From Deltaproteobacteria bacterium (GTDB lineage Bacteria; Desulfobacterota; GWC2-55-46; DRQE01), in the NCBI GenBank assembly GCA_015492245.1, contig WGFM01000032.1:6231-70230 (forward strand): 64,000 nt of DNA, in the 5' to 3' direction. Of this stretch, positions 19,723-27,879 are shown piece after piece (position 1 is the stretch's first letter; each line of letters begins with the position of its first letter). Both the position numbers and the translations under genes were made by a program. A model generated the notes under the pieces. It saw only the letters and a list, made by a program, of their open reading frames with translations, made no database searches and was not told the origin of the DNA.

Positions 19723-21152
19723 CTCAACCCTCCGAGCCCTATGAGCGGCCAGTAGAACCTTGCCACGAGGTTGAAGACCACCCAAGAGGTTATGCTCATT
19801 ATGACACCTGCCTTTGCCATGTCCCTGATCGTAAGGTATGTGGAGGATACAGCTATGGCGTTTGCAGGTGTCGAAAGGGGCAGTGTGAAGGCAAGCCCTG
19901 CGGGCACCGCTATGGCATAGGTTACGAGCACAGGGTCTATGTTGACCCCTCCGGTAAGCCCTATTCCCACAGGCAGAAGTATGGCAATCACTGCGGCATT
20001 GCTTATCCCCTCTGTAAAGAGCAGTGCCAGAAGGCTCAGTACCGCCACTGCAAGCCATGGCTCCACCATCCATCCACCTATCGTGGACTGGGCTATCCAC
20101 ATGGCGGCCCCACTTCTTTCAAGGGCAGTGCCCATTATTATCGCCCCTCCGTACATGAGTATTATACCCCAGTTCACATACTCCTCTATGTCCTTCCAGC
20201 GCACAAGCCTCAACACGAAAAGGGCCACCACCGCTGCAAGGGACACCGTGGCAAGCCCAACCCTTGCGCCAAGGGTTGCCCATGCCACCACGGTAACCAC
20301 AAGGATTATGCCCACCATGTATTCATTGTAACCTATCTTTCCCATGGATTGTATACGCCTTTTGAGCACCTCGTGTGCCTTCTCCACACTGTCTATGTCC
20401 ATGGAGAACAACCTTGTAAGAAGAAAGTAACCAAACAGCAGCATTATCACCACAACGGGAAAGACCCCTACCGAGTAGCTTATGAAGTCTATGGTCCTGC
20501 CCGTGGTCTCCTTCAGTATGCCCAGGGCAAGGGGCACCCTTGCACCACCGAGGAATGTGGCGATCCCTCCTATGACGCAACCCCAGGCGAGCGAGAGAAA
20601 GAGCATCTTCGCATAGGTGGACCTACCTGGTCTCAGCCCAAGGCTCTTTGCGATCTCGAACACTATGGGAAATAGCATGGCAGCCACCGCATGTTCTGAC
20701 ATGAAGCAGGAAAGCAGCGCCGCCAGGAGGTATATGCTCAGAAGAAGCCTTGCCGGTGAACTACCGAATCTATCCATTATAACGAGGGCGATCCTGTTGG
20801 AAAGCCCTGAATGCATCACCGCACCTGCCAGTATGAAGGCACCAAGGATGAAGAATACCGCCTCGTTGCCGAAGAGCCCGTATACCTCTTCTTTTGGCAG
20901 TATGTCCACAAGCGGCACAAGTGCTATGGCAAAAAGGCTGGTTATGGCAAGGGGTATTATGTTGGACACCCACAGTATAAGACACAGGATGAACACCGCT
21001 ATGGCGTTCTTGCCCTCAGGGGTAAGCCCCTCGGGGGTGGGCATCTTTATGAGGTAATAGAACCCTGCCGCAAGGAGCACAAAGAAGGCAGGCCGAAGCC
21101 CCTTCAAGACAAGCAGCACCCATATGGACCTTCTGTCTATCTCTACAGCCAT
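19719..21152 (-). CDS. DASS/SLC13-family anion:sodium symporter (putative sulfate permease)
   Basis: 477 aa, about 12-14 TM helices, duplicated-repeat architecture with SNxA/TNxA-like hairpin tips (ISNAAVIAILLP). Genomic context with usp-cysH-sat. Confidence 0.7.
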   Translation of the reverse strand: MAVEIDRRSIWVLLVLKGLRPAFFVLLAAGFYYLIKMPTPEGLTPEGKNAIAVFILCLILWVSNIIPLAITSLFAIALVPLVDILPKEEVYGLFGNEAVFFILGAFILAGAVMHSGLSNRIALVIMDRFGSSPARLLLSIYLLAALLSCFMSEHAVAAMLFPIVFEIAKSLGLRPGRSTYAKMLFLSLAWGCVIGGIATFLGGARVPLALGILKETTGRTIDFISYSVGVFPVVVIMLLFGYFLLTRLFSMDIDSVEKAHEVLKRRIQSMGKIGYNEYMVGIILVVTVVAWATLGARVGLATVSLAAVVALFVLRLVRWKDIEEYVNWGIILMYGGAIIMGTALERSGAAMWIAQSTIGGWMVEPWLAVAVLSLLALLFTEGISNAAVIAILLPVGIGLTGGVNIDPVLVTYAIAVPAGLAFTLPLSTPANAIAVSSTYLTIRDMAKAGVIMSITSWVVFNLVARFYWPLIGLGGLR

Positions 21153-21208
21153 CTCTCTGTAACCCTGTTTTGAAGGAAAGGTAAGGAGGTTGCCCCTCTC
21201 TTATATTG

Positions 21209-22402
21209 TCAATCCTCTTCTATCTCCTTTACCCTGAGCTTTCGCCTCAGGGTGGAGAGCCCCCAGGCGGTCTTGAGTCCCAGCCTTGTGCCATAGAACT
21301 TTTCGATTAGCCCGCTTATCCCACCAGTTTTCTCACCTGCAATGAGTCTACCCTCTATGGGTGTGGTTACAACACTTATATCCCTCATCCAGTTCATGTT
21401 TATCCCCTTCTTCTTTACCGCCCTGTAGAGGTGTCTGTATATGGGTATTATCACCTCTGCATTAAGGGGTTCTATCCTCAGGGCCCCACCAGGGCGTGGC
21501 CTGTATATGGGCAATATGGGCACCACGCCCATGTCTGTGAGAAAGTCTATGCCCATGCATGTGGAGCCAGGGGGTTCAAGCCCCACTATGAGGTGTGAGG
21601 CAACGGTGCCATTTGGAAATATGTCTGCCGCATATCTCAATGCCTCTATGTATCTTTTTCTGCCCACAAACCTTGCCCTGCCCGGGCAGAGTGCCTCGAA
21701 GAGCTCCTCGTCGAATATCTCGAGGTTGTAGAGCAGGGCATCTGCCCCAAGGGCATATGTCCTGTCTATCCAGTGATTGTTCTTCGGTGGAAGGGCTTCC
21801 ACTGCAACAAGGCAGTTGAACCTCTTCTTTATGGCCTCTATGTAGGGTGTGAGGAACCCTATGCCACCATCGTCGTCCTCGGTAAAGCCCGTGGAAAGGT
21901 ATATTATCTCTGACACTCCTTCCTCAAGCACTGCCGAGACGACCTCCACCACCTCGTCCACTGTATGGGTTCTGCCCGGTCTTTCATCGTATCCACCGGC
22001 ACAATAGCTGCACTCCACCTTCTTTTCGAAGAACACACACTCCTTCTTGGGTAGAATCAGCACATAGCTCCCGTGCACCGTGGCTATCTCGCTGTAGGGT
22101 GTGCCCTCTCCTGTCGTTCTCGAGAGAAACTCGGGCATTTTTACAGGCCTTACCTCCACCTCACCTGTGGTGTCTGATATGAGCCACCTTTCTCCCGCCT
22201 TCTTGAGAACATATGGAGAATCTCTGGTGAACTCCTCTCCGCAGGGCACATTCACAGGGGAACCCCCTGGAAGCACTATGTCCACTCCCTCACCTGCCCT
22301 GCCGTAGAAGGCAAGAGGGCCATCTTCCCGGGGAAGCCTTATCCCCCTGAGCATGAGGTCTATCTTCAATGTGCCGGGGTTGTTGAGGTAGCTCTTTTTC
22401 AT
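21209..22402 (-). CDS. Uncharacterised radical-SAM-like protein with non-canonical Cx8Cx2C motif and N-terminal about 110-aa extra domain
   Basis: 397 aa. KKECVFFEKKVECSYCAGGYDER cluster loop; GxIxGxxE-like IVGLEPPG; TIM-barrel-like periodicity. Its start abuts the stop of the E1 gene (22402/22403). Confidence 0.5.
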   Translation of the reverse strand: MKKSYLNNPGTLKIDLMLRGIRLPREDGPLAFYGRAGEGVDIVLPGGSPVNVPCGEEFTRDSPYVLKKAGERWLISDTTGEVEVRPVKMPEFLSRTTGEGTPYSEIATVHGSYVLILPKKECVFFEKKVECSYCAGGYDERPGRTHTVDEVVEVVSAVLEEGVSEIIYLSTGFTEDDDGGIGFLTPYIEAIKKRFNCLVAVEALPPKNNHWIDRTYALGADALLYNLEIFDEELFEALCPGRARFVGRKRYIEALRYAADIFPNGTVASHLIVGLEPPGSTCMGIDFLTDMGVVPILPIYRPRPGGALRIEPLNAEVIIPIYRHLYRAVKKKGINMNWMRDISVVTTPIEGRLIAGEKTGGISGLIEKFYGTRLGLKTAWGLSTLRRKLRVKEIEED

Positions 22403-23224
22403 CTAAGTTTCACAACTCGAGCGTTGCAGCTCGCAACTCTCCTCGTATGTTACAAGCTCTTTTATGGATGGCTCCTTGCCACAGAGCCTGCACCCGGGGT
22501 CTTTCCTTACCCTGACTTTTCTGAAGTCCATCCTCAATGCATCGAATATGAGGAGCCTTCCCGAAAGCCCCTCGCCTATCCTGAGTATCTCCTTTATGGT
22601 CTCAACAGCCTGCAACACCCCTATGACCCCTGCAAGGGCACCGAGTACGCCTGCCTCCTGGCAGCTTGGCACAAGCCCTGGTGGAGGGGGCTCTGGATAG
22701 AGACACCTGTAACATGGCGAGCCCTCATGGGGCTTGAAGACCGAAAGCTGCCCCTCGAAACGGAACATGCTGCCAGATACAAGAGGCCTATGCTCGAAAA
22801 AGGCCGCATCGTTTACGAGAAACCTTGTAGGGAAGTTGTCCGAGCCATCGAGCACAATATGGAACCCCCTTATGACCTCCCTTATGTTCTCCCTTGTGAG
22901 CCTCTCGTTGTAGGTTATAACCTCTACATCAGGGTTTAACTCCTCTATGGTCTTCTTTGCAGAGAGTGCCTTCGGGGTGCCAACCCTGGGGGTGGAGTGT
23001 ATTATCTGACGCTGAAGGTTGCTCAGATCCACCCTGTCTCCATCGGCGATCCCCACGGTGCCAACCCCTGCAGCTGCAAGATACATGAGCGCAGGCGAAC
23101 CAAGCCCACCTGCACCAACCACAAGGACCCTGGCATCGAGCAACTTTCGCTGCCCCCTGCCACCAACCTCTGGAAGTATGATGTGCCTGGAATACCGCTC
23201 TATCTGCTCCTCTGTAAAATCCAT
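22403..23224 (-). CDS. MoeZ/MoeB/ThiF-family E1-like sulfur-carrier-protein adenylyltransferase
   Basis: RYSRHIILPEVGGRGQRKL, nucleotide loop VVGAGGLGS, two CxxC pairs (CYRC...CRLC). Confidence 0.85.
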   Translation of the reverse strand: MDFTEEQIERYSRHIILPEVGGRGQRKLLDARVLVVGAGGLGSPALMYLAAAGVGTVGIADGDRVDLSNLQRQIIHSTPRVGTPKALSAKKTIEELNPDVEVITYNERLTRENIREVIRGFHIVLDGSDNFPTRFLVNDAAFFEHRPLVSGSMFRFEGQLSVFKPHEGSPCYRCLYPEPPPPGLVPSCQEAGVLGALAGVIGVLQAVETIKEILRIGEGLSGRLLIFDALRMDFRKVRVRKDPGCRLCGKEPSIKELVTYEESCELQRSSCET

Positions 23225-23297
23225 TTAAACCTGCCTCCTTACACCACAAAAGATAAGAACGAATGCTAAATATACCCTCTGTTCTCCTGAAAAGGAT

Positions 23298-23702
23298 CTA
23301 TTTCTCGGCTATTTCTTCTTCTACAAACACATCGGCATCATCCAGCCTCCAGCACCTGACCTCAGTCTCTCTCCCGCCCCTTACTCCCACGATGAGGTAG
23401 AAGTATTCGGGCCATGCCCTGGTTCTGTCGAACTCAGATGGTTCTGCCGGGTGATCCGGGTGTGAGTGGTATATGCCGATTACCGCAAGCCCCCTTTTTG
23501 CTGCCTCTTTTTCCACCATGAGGAATTCCCGTGGGTCTATCTCGTAGCGGTCCTGCGCCCTTTCGGTGTTGATATTTTTAACCTTCACCGCCTCTAACAC
23601 CACCCCTTCCTTACCCAGAAGCAGTCCGCAGCATTCATTGGGGTAAGAGGCCCTTGCATTCTCACGCACCTTTTCTGCTGCATCCCTGACTATGCGAAGC
23701 AT
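23298..23702 (-). CDS. JAMM/MPN+ metalloprotease (Mec+/CysO-hydrolase-like)
   Basis: 134 aa with canonical JAMM motif E...HSHPDHPAEPSEFD (HxHx7Sx2D). Confidence 0.85.
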   Translation of the reverse strand: MLRIVRDAAEKVRENARASYPNECCGLLLGKEGVVLEAVKVKNINTERAQDRYEIDPREFLMVEKEAAKRGLAVIGIYHSHPDHPAEPSEFDRTRAWPEYFYLIVGVRGGRETEVRCWRLDDADVFVEEEIAEK

Positions 23703-23712
23703 CTTTCCGTAG

Positions 23713-24672
23713 TCAATCCTCCCACACCCTTGTGGAGAGGTACTTGTCTCCGCCGTCCGGGAACATGACGACTATGAGCCCCTCTTTGAGTGTCCTTGCA
23801 AGCCTCAATGCCCCGAGTAGAGCTGCCCCTGAGGACTGGCCTGCAAGTATGCCCTCTTCTTTTGCAAGCCTTCTTGTCATCTCGTAGGACTCTTCGGTGT
23901 CTGCCGGTATCTTATCGTCCAGTTCTTCCTCGTGGTATATGCCAGGCACGATGCTCGATGCCATGTGTTTAAGGCCCTCGAGCCCGTGAAGGGGGCTATC
24001 GGGCTCAACTGCTATGACCTTTATATCCTTTCTGAACTCCTTCAATCTTCTTCCAGTGCCCATTATGGTTCCCCCTGTGCCTATGCTTGCCACAAAGTGG
24101 GTTATTCTGCCCTCTGTCTGTGCGATTATCTCTGGCCCGGTGGTCTCGTAATGGGCAAGGGGGTTGGAGGGGTTGTTGTATTGATCAAGCTTGCAGTATT
24201 TCTCGGGGTTGTCCACATATAGCTTCCAGCAAAGCCTTATGGCCCCATCGGAGCCCTCCAAGGGGTCAGAGAATATCACCTTAGCCCCGTAGGCGCTGAG
24301 CATCTTCTTTCGCTCCTCACTCACATTGCCTGGCACCACAAGCTCCACCCTGTAGCCCTTGTGTGCGCCTATCCATGCATAGGCAATGCCTGTGTTGCCG
24401 GATGTTGAATCGAGTATTATCTTGTCCTTCGTAAGACGGCCTGCCTTCTCGGCGTCCTCTATCATCTTCAGTGCTGGCCTGTCCTTTACAGAACCCCCTG
24501 GATTGTAGCCCTCGAGCTTGGCATATATCTCCACCCCGGGAGGTATATCCCTGGTTACATTCCTTATATTGACGAGCGGGGTGTTGCCAACAAGGTCTAT
24601 AACAGAGCCCACCGCCTCCCTTACCCCTCCTGACCTTGTCCGGTAGTCCGCCCCTGCAACCCTTGTATCCAT
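23713..24672 (-). CDS. cysM: Cysteine synthase, CysM/CysK family (likely carrier-protein-thiocarboxylate-dependent)
   Basis: PLP-lysine motif GGSVKDR, GNTGIA, SIGTGGT. Start reassigned to the internal ATG at 24670-24672 (MDTRVAG...), 6 nt after RBS AGGGAGG. Confidence 0.85.
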   Translation of the reverse strand: MDTRVAGADYRTRSGGVREAVGSVIDLVGNTPLVNIRNVTRDIPPGVEIYAKLEGYNPGGSVKDRPALKMIEDAEKAGRLTKDKIILDSTSGNTGIAYAWIGAHKGYRVELVVPGNVSEERKKMLSAYGAKVIFSDPLEGSDGAIRLCWKLYVDNPEKYCKLDQYNNPSNPLAHYETTGPEIIAQTEGRITHFVASIGTGGTIMGTGRRLKEFRKDIKVIAVEPDSPLHGLEGLKHMASSIVPGIYHEEELDDKIPADTEESYEMTRRLAKEEGILAGQSSGAALLGALRLARTLKEGLIVVMFPDGGDKYLSTRVWED

Positions 24673-24722
24673 ACAAAAACCTCCCTGAAGTAAAGACAAA
24701 ATACCTTACTAACTTAGTCAAG

Positions 24723-24750
24723 TTTATAATAGATTAGTATTTTTGTCAAG
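24723..24750 (-). promoter_or_regulatory. Internal sigma70-type promoter TTGACA-N16-TATAAA upstream of cysM
   Basis: Minus strand reads TTGACAaaaatactaatctatTATAAAct, within the 88-nt gap between the NIL gene stop and cysM. Confidence 0.4.
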
Positions 24751-24787
24751 AACTTTAACAAAAAAAGGCACTTACGGTGGGAGGGTC

Positions 24788-25027
24788 TTACTCTATTATA
24801 TCGAGTTCTATGGGTTCCACCTTAACGCCTTTGTCGATGAAGAACTGTATTGCCCTGCCTATCTCCTCTTCGCTACCCTCGAGCTCAAGGGCCACAAGCC
24901 CCATGGTATCTGACACACATGCCTGCCGTATGTTGGTAACCACACGGAAGCGCTTGCCCGCCTCGTATATGAGGGGTTCCTTCACGAGCTCCCTCGGGTA
25001 TGTAAGGTAGACCCTTTTTTTCAACAC
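24788..25027 (-). CDS. Stand-alone NIL-domain protein (MetN C-terminal-like; sulfur-amino-acid-associated)
   Basis: 79 aa. PLIYEAGKRFRVVTNIRQACVSD.MGLVALELEGSEEEIGRAIQFFIDKGVKVEPIE matches the RF.V..NI..A...G.M.LEL.G....A...L...V.VE NIL pattern. Confidence 0.55.
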   Translation of the reverse strand: MLKKRVYLTYPRELVKEPLIYEAGKRFRVVTNIRQACVSDTMGLVALELEGSEEEIGRAIQFFIDKGVKVEPIELDIIE

Positions 25028-25302
25028 ATGCCTCCTGCTATTGCAGGAATTATGGAGAGCTCATCACCCTCTTTGAGCTCTGTATCCAGGTTGAGCTTGA
25101 ACCGTATGTCCTCATCGTTCACATAGAGGTTTACGAACTTTCTTATAGAGCCGTCTTCCTCGCAGATGCGCTCTTTTATACCTGGATACCTCTTTTCGAG
25201 GTCATCTATGACCTCTCTTACTGTTGTGCCCTCTGCAGTAACCTCGTCCTTGCCTTCTGTAAGTTTCCTCAGTGGTGTGGGTATCCTTACCTTTACAGCC
25301 AT
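25021..25302 (-). CDS. MoaD/ThiS/CysO-family sulfur carrier protein with C-terminal GG followed by 2-residue extension (..AIAGG-MC)
   Basis: 93-aa beta-grasp. C-terminal DELSIIPAIAGGMC resembles MoaD ...VAIIPPVSGG but with MC after the di-glycine. Confidence 0.75.
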   Translation of the reverse strand: MAVKVRIPTPLRKLTEGKDEVTAEGTTVREVIDDLEKRYPGIKERICEEDGSIRKFVNLYVNDEDIRFKLNLDTELKEGDELSIIPAIAGGMC

Positions 25303-25332
25303 ACCTTGAGTTACCTCCTTTTTGATGGGGTT

Positions 25333-25575
25333 TTATTCGCCTCTTTCTATAAGGAGCCTGAAGTGGTCGTCCTCTTTCTTCACATCTATTATCCTGTGTC
25401 CCTCTTCTTTTATGCTCTTTGGCACATTCTGGATGGGCTCTCCACTGTCGAGCACCACCTCGAGCACCTCGCCCTTCTCCATGCTCTCGAGCTTGAGCTT
25501 GGTCTTAACGAAGTTCATGGGGCAGAGCACCCCTCTCAGGTCAAGGGTATCTACCGGTCTTACTTCTGCTGACAT
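25333..25575 (-). CDS. tusA: TusA/SirA-like sulfurtransferase
   Basis: 80 aa with LDLRGVLCPMNFVKTK active-site Cys motif (CPxP variant). Confidence 0.7.
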   Translation of the reverse strand: MSAEVRPVDTLDLRGVLCPMNFVKTKLKLESMEKGEVLEVVLDSGEPIQNVPKSIKEEGHRIIDVKKEDDHFRLLIERGE

Positions 25576-26534
25576 GCTGCCTCCTTTGCTCCGAGCACCC
25601 TGTCGCCGAAGACATCTTTCATGAATTCAAGGTACTTATCGACCCCCACGCGTTCCAGGGTCTTTCCAATCCTCTCACCCCTCATGCCATTTGCCATATA
25701 CCACTCTATGGTCTTCTCGATTACCTCTGCCACCTTCTCGTCAGGCACAAAGAGTGCCACCTCTTCTGCCTCCATGGGCCATCTACCGTGCTTTCCACCA
25801 ACCCGTACGAGGTGTCCATAGCGCTTTGCCCTCCAGGCACCTGTTGGGCATGCACGGATGCAATCGCCACAGTAGATGCATTTTTCAGGATAGTAGATGG
25901 GTTTACCCGTATCGGGATCACTCTCTATGGCGTCCTCCTTACATGCCTCGGCACATATGGTGCAGCCCGTGCATGTGGGTTCCTCCCACTCGGGCTCCAC
26001 CACACCCTGAAAGCCCAGGTCCATCTCTCTGGTTCTTGCACAATCTATCGGGCAGCCAGAGAAGGATATTTTGAACTTGTGGTGTGTGGGTGTGCCGAAG
26101 AACCTTTCATCCACCATCTTTGCAAGGGCCTGGGTGTCGGTAAGCCCATTCGGGTTGTACTCACAGCCGCCACAGGCAGTGGGCACCCTCACCCTTGGCC
26201 CGCAGGAGGCAACCTTCCAGCCTATGGCCTCAAGCTCCTTCACAAGCTGGGGGAACTCCTTGTAGTCCACATAGAGTATCTCTATGGATTGGCGAAAGCT
26301 CAGGTGTATGACGCCCTTCTTGCTGTACTTGTGGGCTATCTTCGAGATTTCTATGAGCTTATCTGTTGGAACCCTTCCCCCAGGGCATCGAAGCCTCACG
26401 GTGAAAAGATCACGCTGGCGCTGTTTTATAAAGCCACCTGTCTTGAGCTCGCCAAAATCGAGTTTTTTTGTCTCTCCGTCGAGGCTTACCTCGACCCTTG
26501 TGGTCTTATCCTCAATGAAACGGTCCATGGACAC
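25560..26534 (-). CDS. Small sulfite/nitrite-reductase-family protein (siroheme/4Fe-4S-binding half-domain) with inserted 2x[4Fe-4S] ferredoxin domain; assimilatory-type low-MW sulfite reductase / AsrC-like
   Basis: NiR/SiR ferredoxin-like half domain. Siroheme-cluster cysteines SCGPRVRVPTACGGC...SGCPIDCA. Ferredoxin motifs CTGCTICAEAC and CIYCGDCIRACP. Confidence 0.7.
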   Translation of the reverse strand: MSMDRFIEDKTTRVEVSLDGETKKLDFGELKTGGFIKQRQRDLFTVRLRCPGGRVPTDKLIEISKIAHKYSKKGVIHLSFRQSIEILYVDYKEFPQLVKELEAIGWKVASCGPRVRVPTACGGCEYNPNGLTDTQALAKMVDERFFGTPTHHKFKISFSGCPIDCARTREMDLGFQGVVEPEWEEPTCTGCTICAEACKEDAIESDPDTGKPIYYPEKCIYCGDCIRACPTGAWRAKRYGHLVRVGGKHGRWPMEAEEVALFVPDEKVAEVIEKTIEWYMANGMRGERIGKTLERVGVDKYLEFMKDVFGDRVLGAKEAACQQK

Positions 26535-26599
26535 ATCTCTCCTTTCAAAAAGATGTAGACAACTATGATAACAAAAAACCCCCTGGGGGTAAAGGAGGA

Positions 26600-27853
26600 T
26601 TAGCCCTCCAGGGCATATTTTTCATCCATCTTCTTTACCAGCTCATCGAAGTCCTTGAGGCTTGCGTTTATGGTGGGCACCTCTTCGAGTCTTCCATGGA
26701 GTGCCTCCTGGGTCTTGAGCCCGTTGCCTGTTACGGAGACCACTATGGACTCGTCCCTGGGGATTCGGCCCTGTTCTATGAGCTTCTTTGTAACCCCCAG
26801 GGTAACCCCACCGGCTGTCTCTGCAAATATGCCCTCCCTTTCTGCCAGAAGCTTTATCGCCTCTACGATTTCCTCATCCGACACATCCTCTGCCCATCCG
26901 CCACTCTCTCTTATGGTCTTCGCAGAGTAGTAGCCATCGGCAGGGTTGCCTATCGCAAGGGATTTTGCAATGGTGTTGGGTCTTACAGGCTCTATGAGCT
27001 CTTTACCCCTCTTTACCGCTGTAACTATGGGTGCACAGCCCGTTGCCTGTGCCCCGTAGACCTTCGCATCCATGTTGTCCACAAGCCCGAGCATATGAAG
27101 CTCTCTGTATGCCTTCCACACCTTCGTTATGAGCGAGCCCCCTGCCATTGGCACAACCGTGTGTCTGGGCAGCCTCCAGCCCAGCTGTTCTGCAATCTCG
27201 AAGCCGAAGGTCTTCGAGCCCTCGGCATAATAGGGCCTTATGTTTATGTTCACGAATGCCCAGCCGTATTTGCCCGCAATCTCACTGCACAGGCGGTTTA
27301 CCTCATCGTATGTGCCCCTTATACCCACGACCCTTGCCCCGTATACGAGGGTTCCCACAATCTTCGTGGGCTCGAGATCGAAGGGTATGAACACATAGCT
27401 CTCCATACCACAGGCAGTGGCATTTGCAGCCACAGAGTTCGCAAGGTTGCCTGTGGACGCACAGGAGGCCACCTTGAAGCCCATCTCCAGTGCCCTGGAG
27501 ATGGCAACAGAGACCACCCTGTCCTTGAAAGAGAGGGTGGGATAGTTTACCGCATCGTTCTTTATGTAGAGCTCCTTTACACCCAGGGCCTTCTCAAGGT
27601 TTCTCGCCCTTATAAGGGGCGTAAAACCAACTTCTCTGCCCACCGTGGGCTCTCCATCTATGGGTAGAAGCTCCCTGTAGCGCCACATGTTCTGTGGCCT
27701 CTTCTCTATGGTCTCTTTCGACAGGCTCTTCTTGATTTTACCATACTCGTAGACCACCTCGAGGGGACCAAAGCAGTACTCGCACACATGCAAAGCCTTC
27801 CTGGGATACTCCCTGCCACACTCTCTGCATCTCAGTGCCTTCATAAAGCCCAT
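26600..27853 (-). CDS. thrC: Threonine-synthase-family PLP enzyme with N-terminal zinc ribbon; candidate phosphohomoserine sulfhydrylase given SAM-riboswitch control
   Basis: CRECG...CEYC ribbon and PLP-lysine motif TLSFKDR, ThrC fold. Directly downstream of a SAM-I riboswitch. Confidence 0.75.
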   Translation of the reverse strand: MGFMKALRCRECGREYPRKALHVCEYCFGPLEVVYEYGKIKKSLSKETIEKRPQNMWRYRELLPIDGEPTVGREVGFTPLIRARNLEKALGVKELYIKNDAVNYPTLSFKDRVVSVAISRALEMGFKVASCASTGNLANSVAANATACGMESYVFIPFDLEPTKIVGTLVYGARVVGIRGTYDEVNRLCSEIAGKYGWAFVNINIRPYYAEGSKTFGFEIAEQLGWRLPRHTVVPMAGGSLITKVWKAYRELHMLGLVDNMDAKVYGAQATGCAPIVTAVKRGKELIEPVRPNTIAKSLAIGNPADGYYSAKTIRESGGWAEDVSDEEIVEAIKLLAEREGIFAETAGGVTLGVTKKLIEQGRIPRDESIVVSVTGNGLKTQEALHGRLEEVPTINASLKDFDELVKKMDEKYALEG

Positions 27854-27879
27854 CTATTCATCCTCCCTTGTTTTTTGGA

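Noticed and set aside
19249-20100. 283-aa track ORF (MDSPVHDRW...).
   Set aside because: Its N-terminal two-thirds is an out-of-frame read through the 3' end of the DASS transporter gene. Only the C-terminal 157 aa (USP fold, GTG start with GGAGGG RBS) is credible.
24788-25027. Considered the 79-aa ORF as a second ThiS/MoaD-like carrier.
   Set aside because: It has no C-terminal GG. Its sequence fits the NIL domain pattern (RF.V..NI..A...G....LEL.G) much better than a beta-grasp carrier.
26696-27667. 323-aa plus ORF, and similar long plus ORFs at 29950-30729, 45489-46430, 47809-48597, 25788-26558 and 57124-57876.
   Set aside because: All lie antisense to well-supported minus-strand genes (thrC-like, glyA, pepP, aroKB, SiR-like, lipoprotein). 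Their composition is typical of shadow ORFs in GC-balanced coding DNA.
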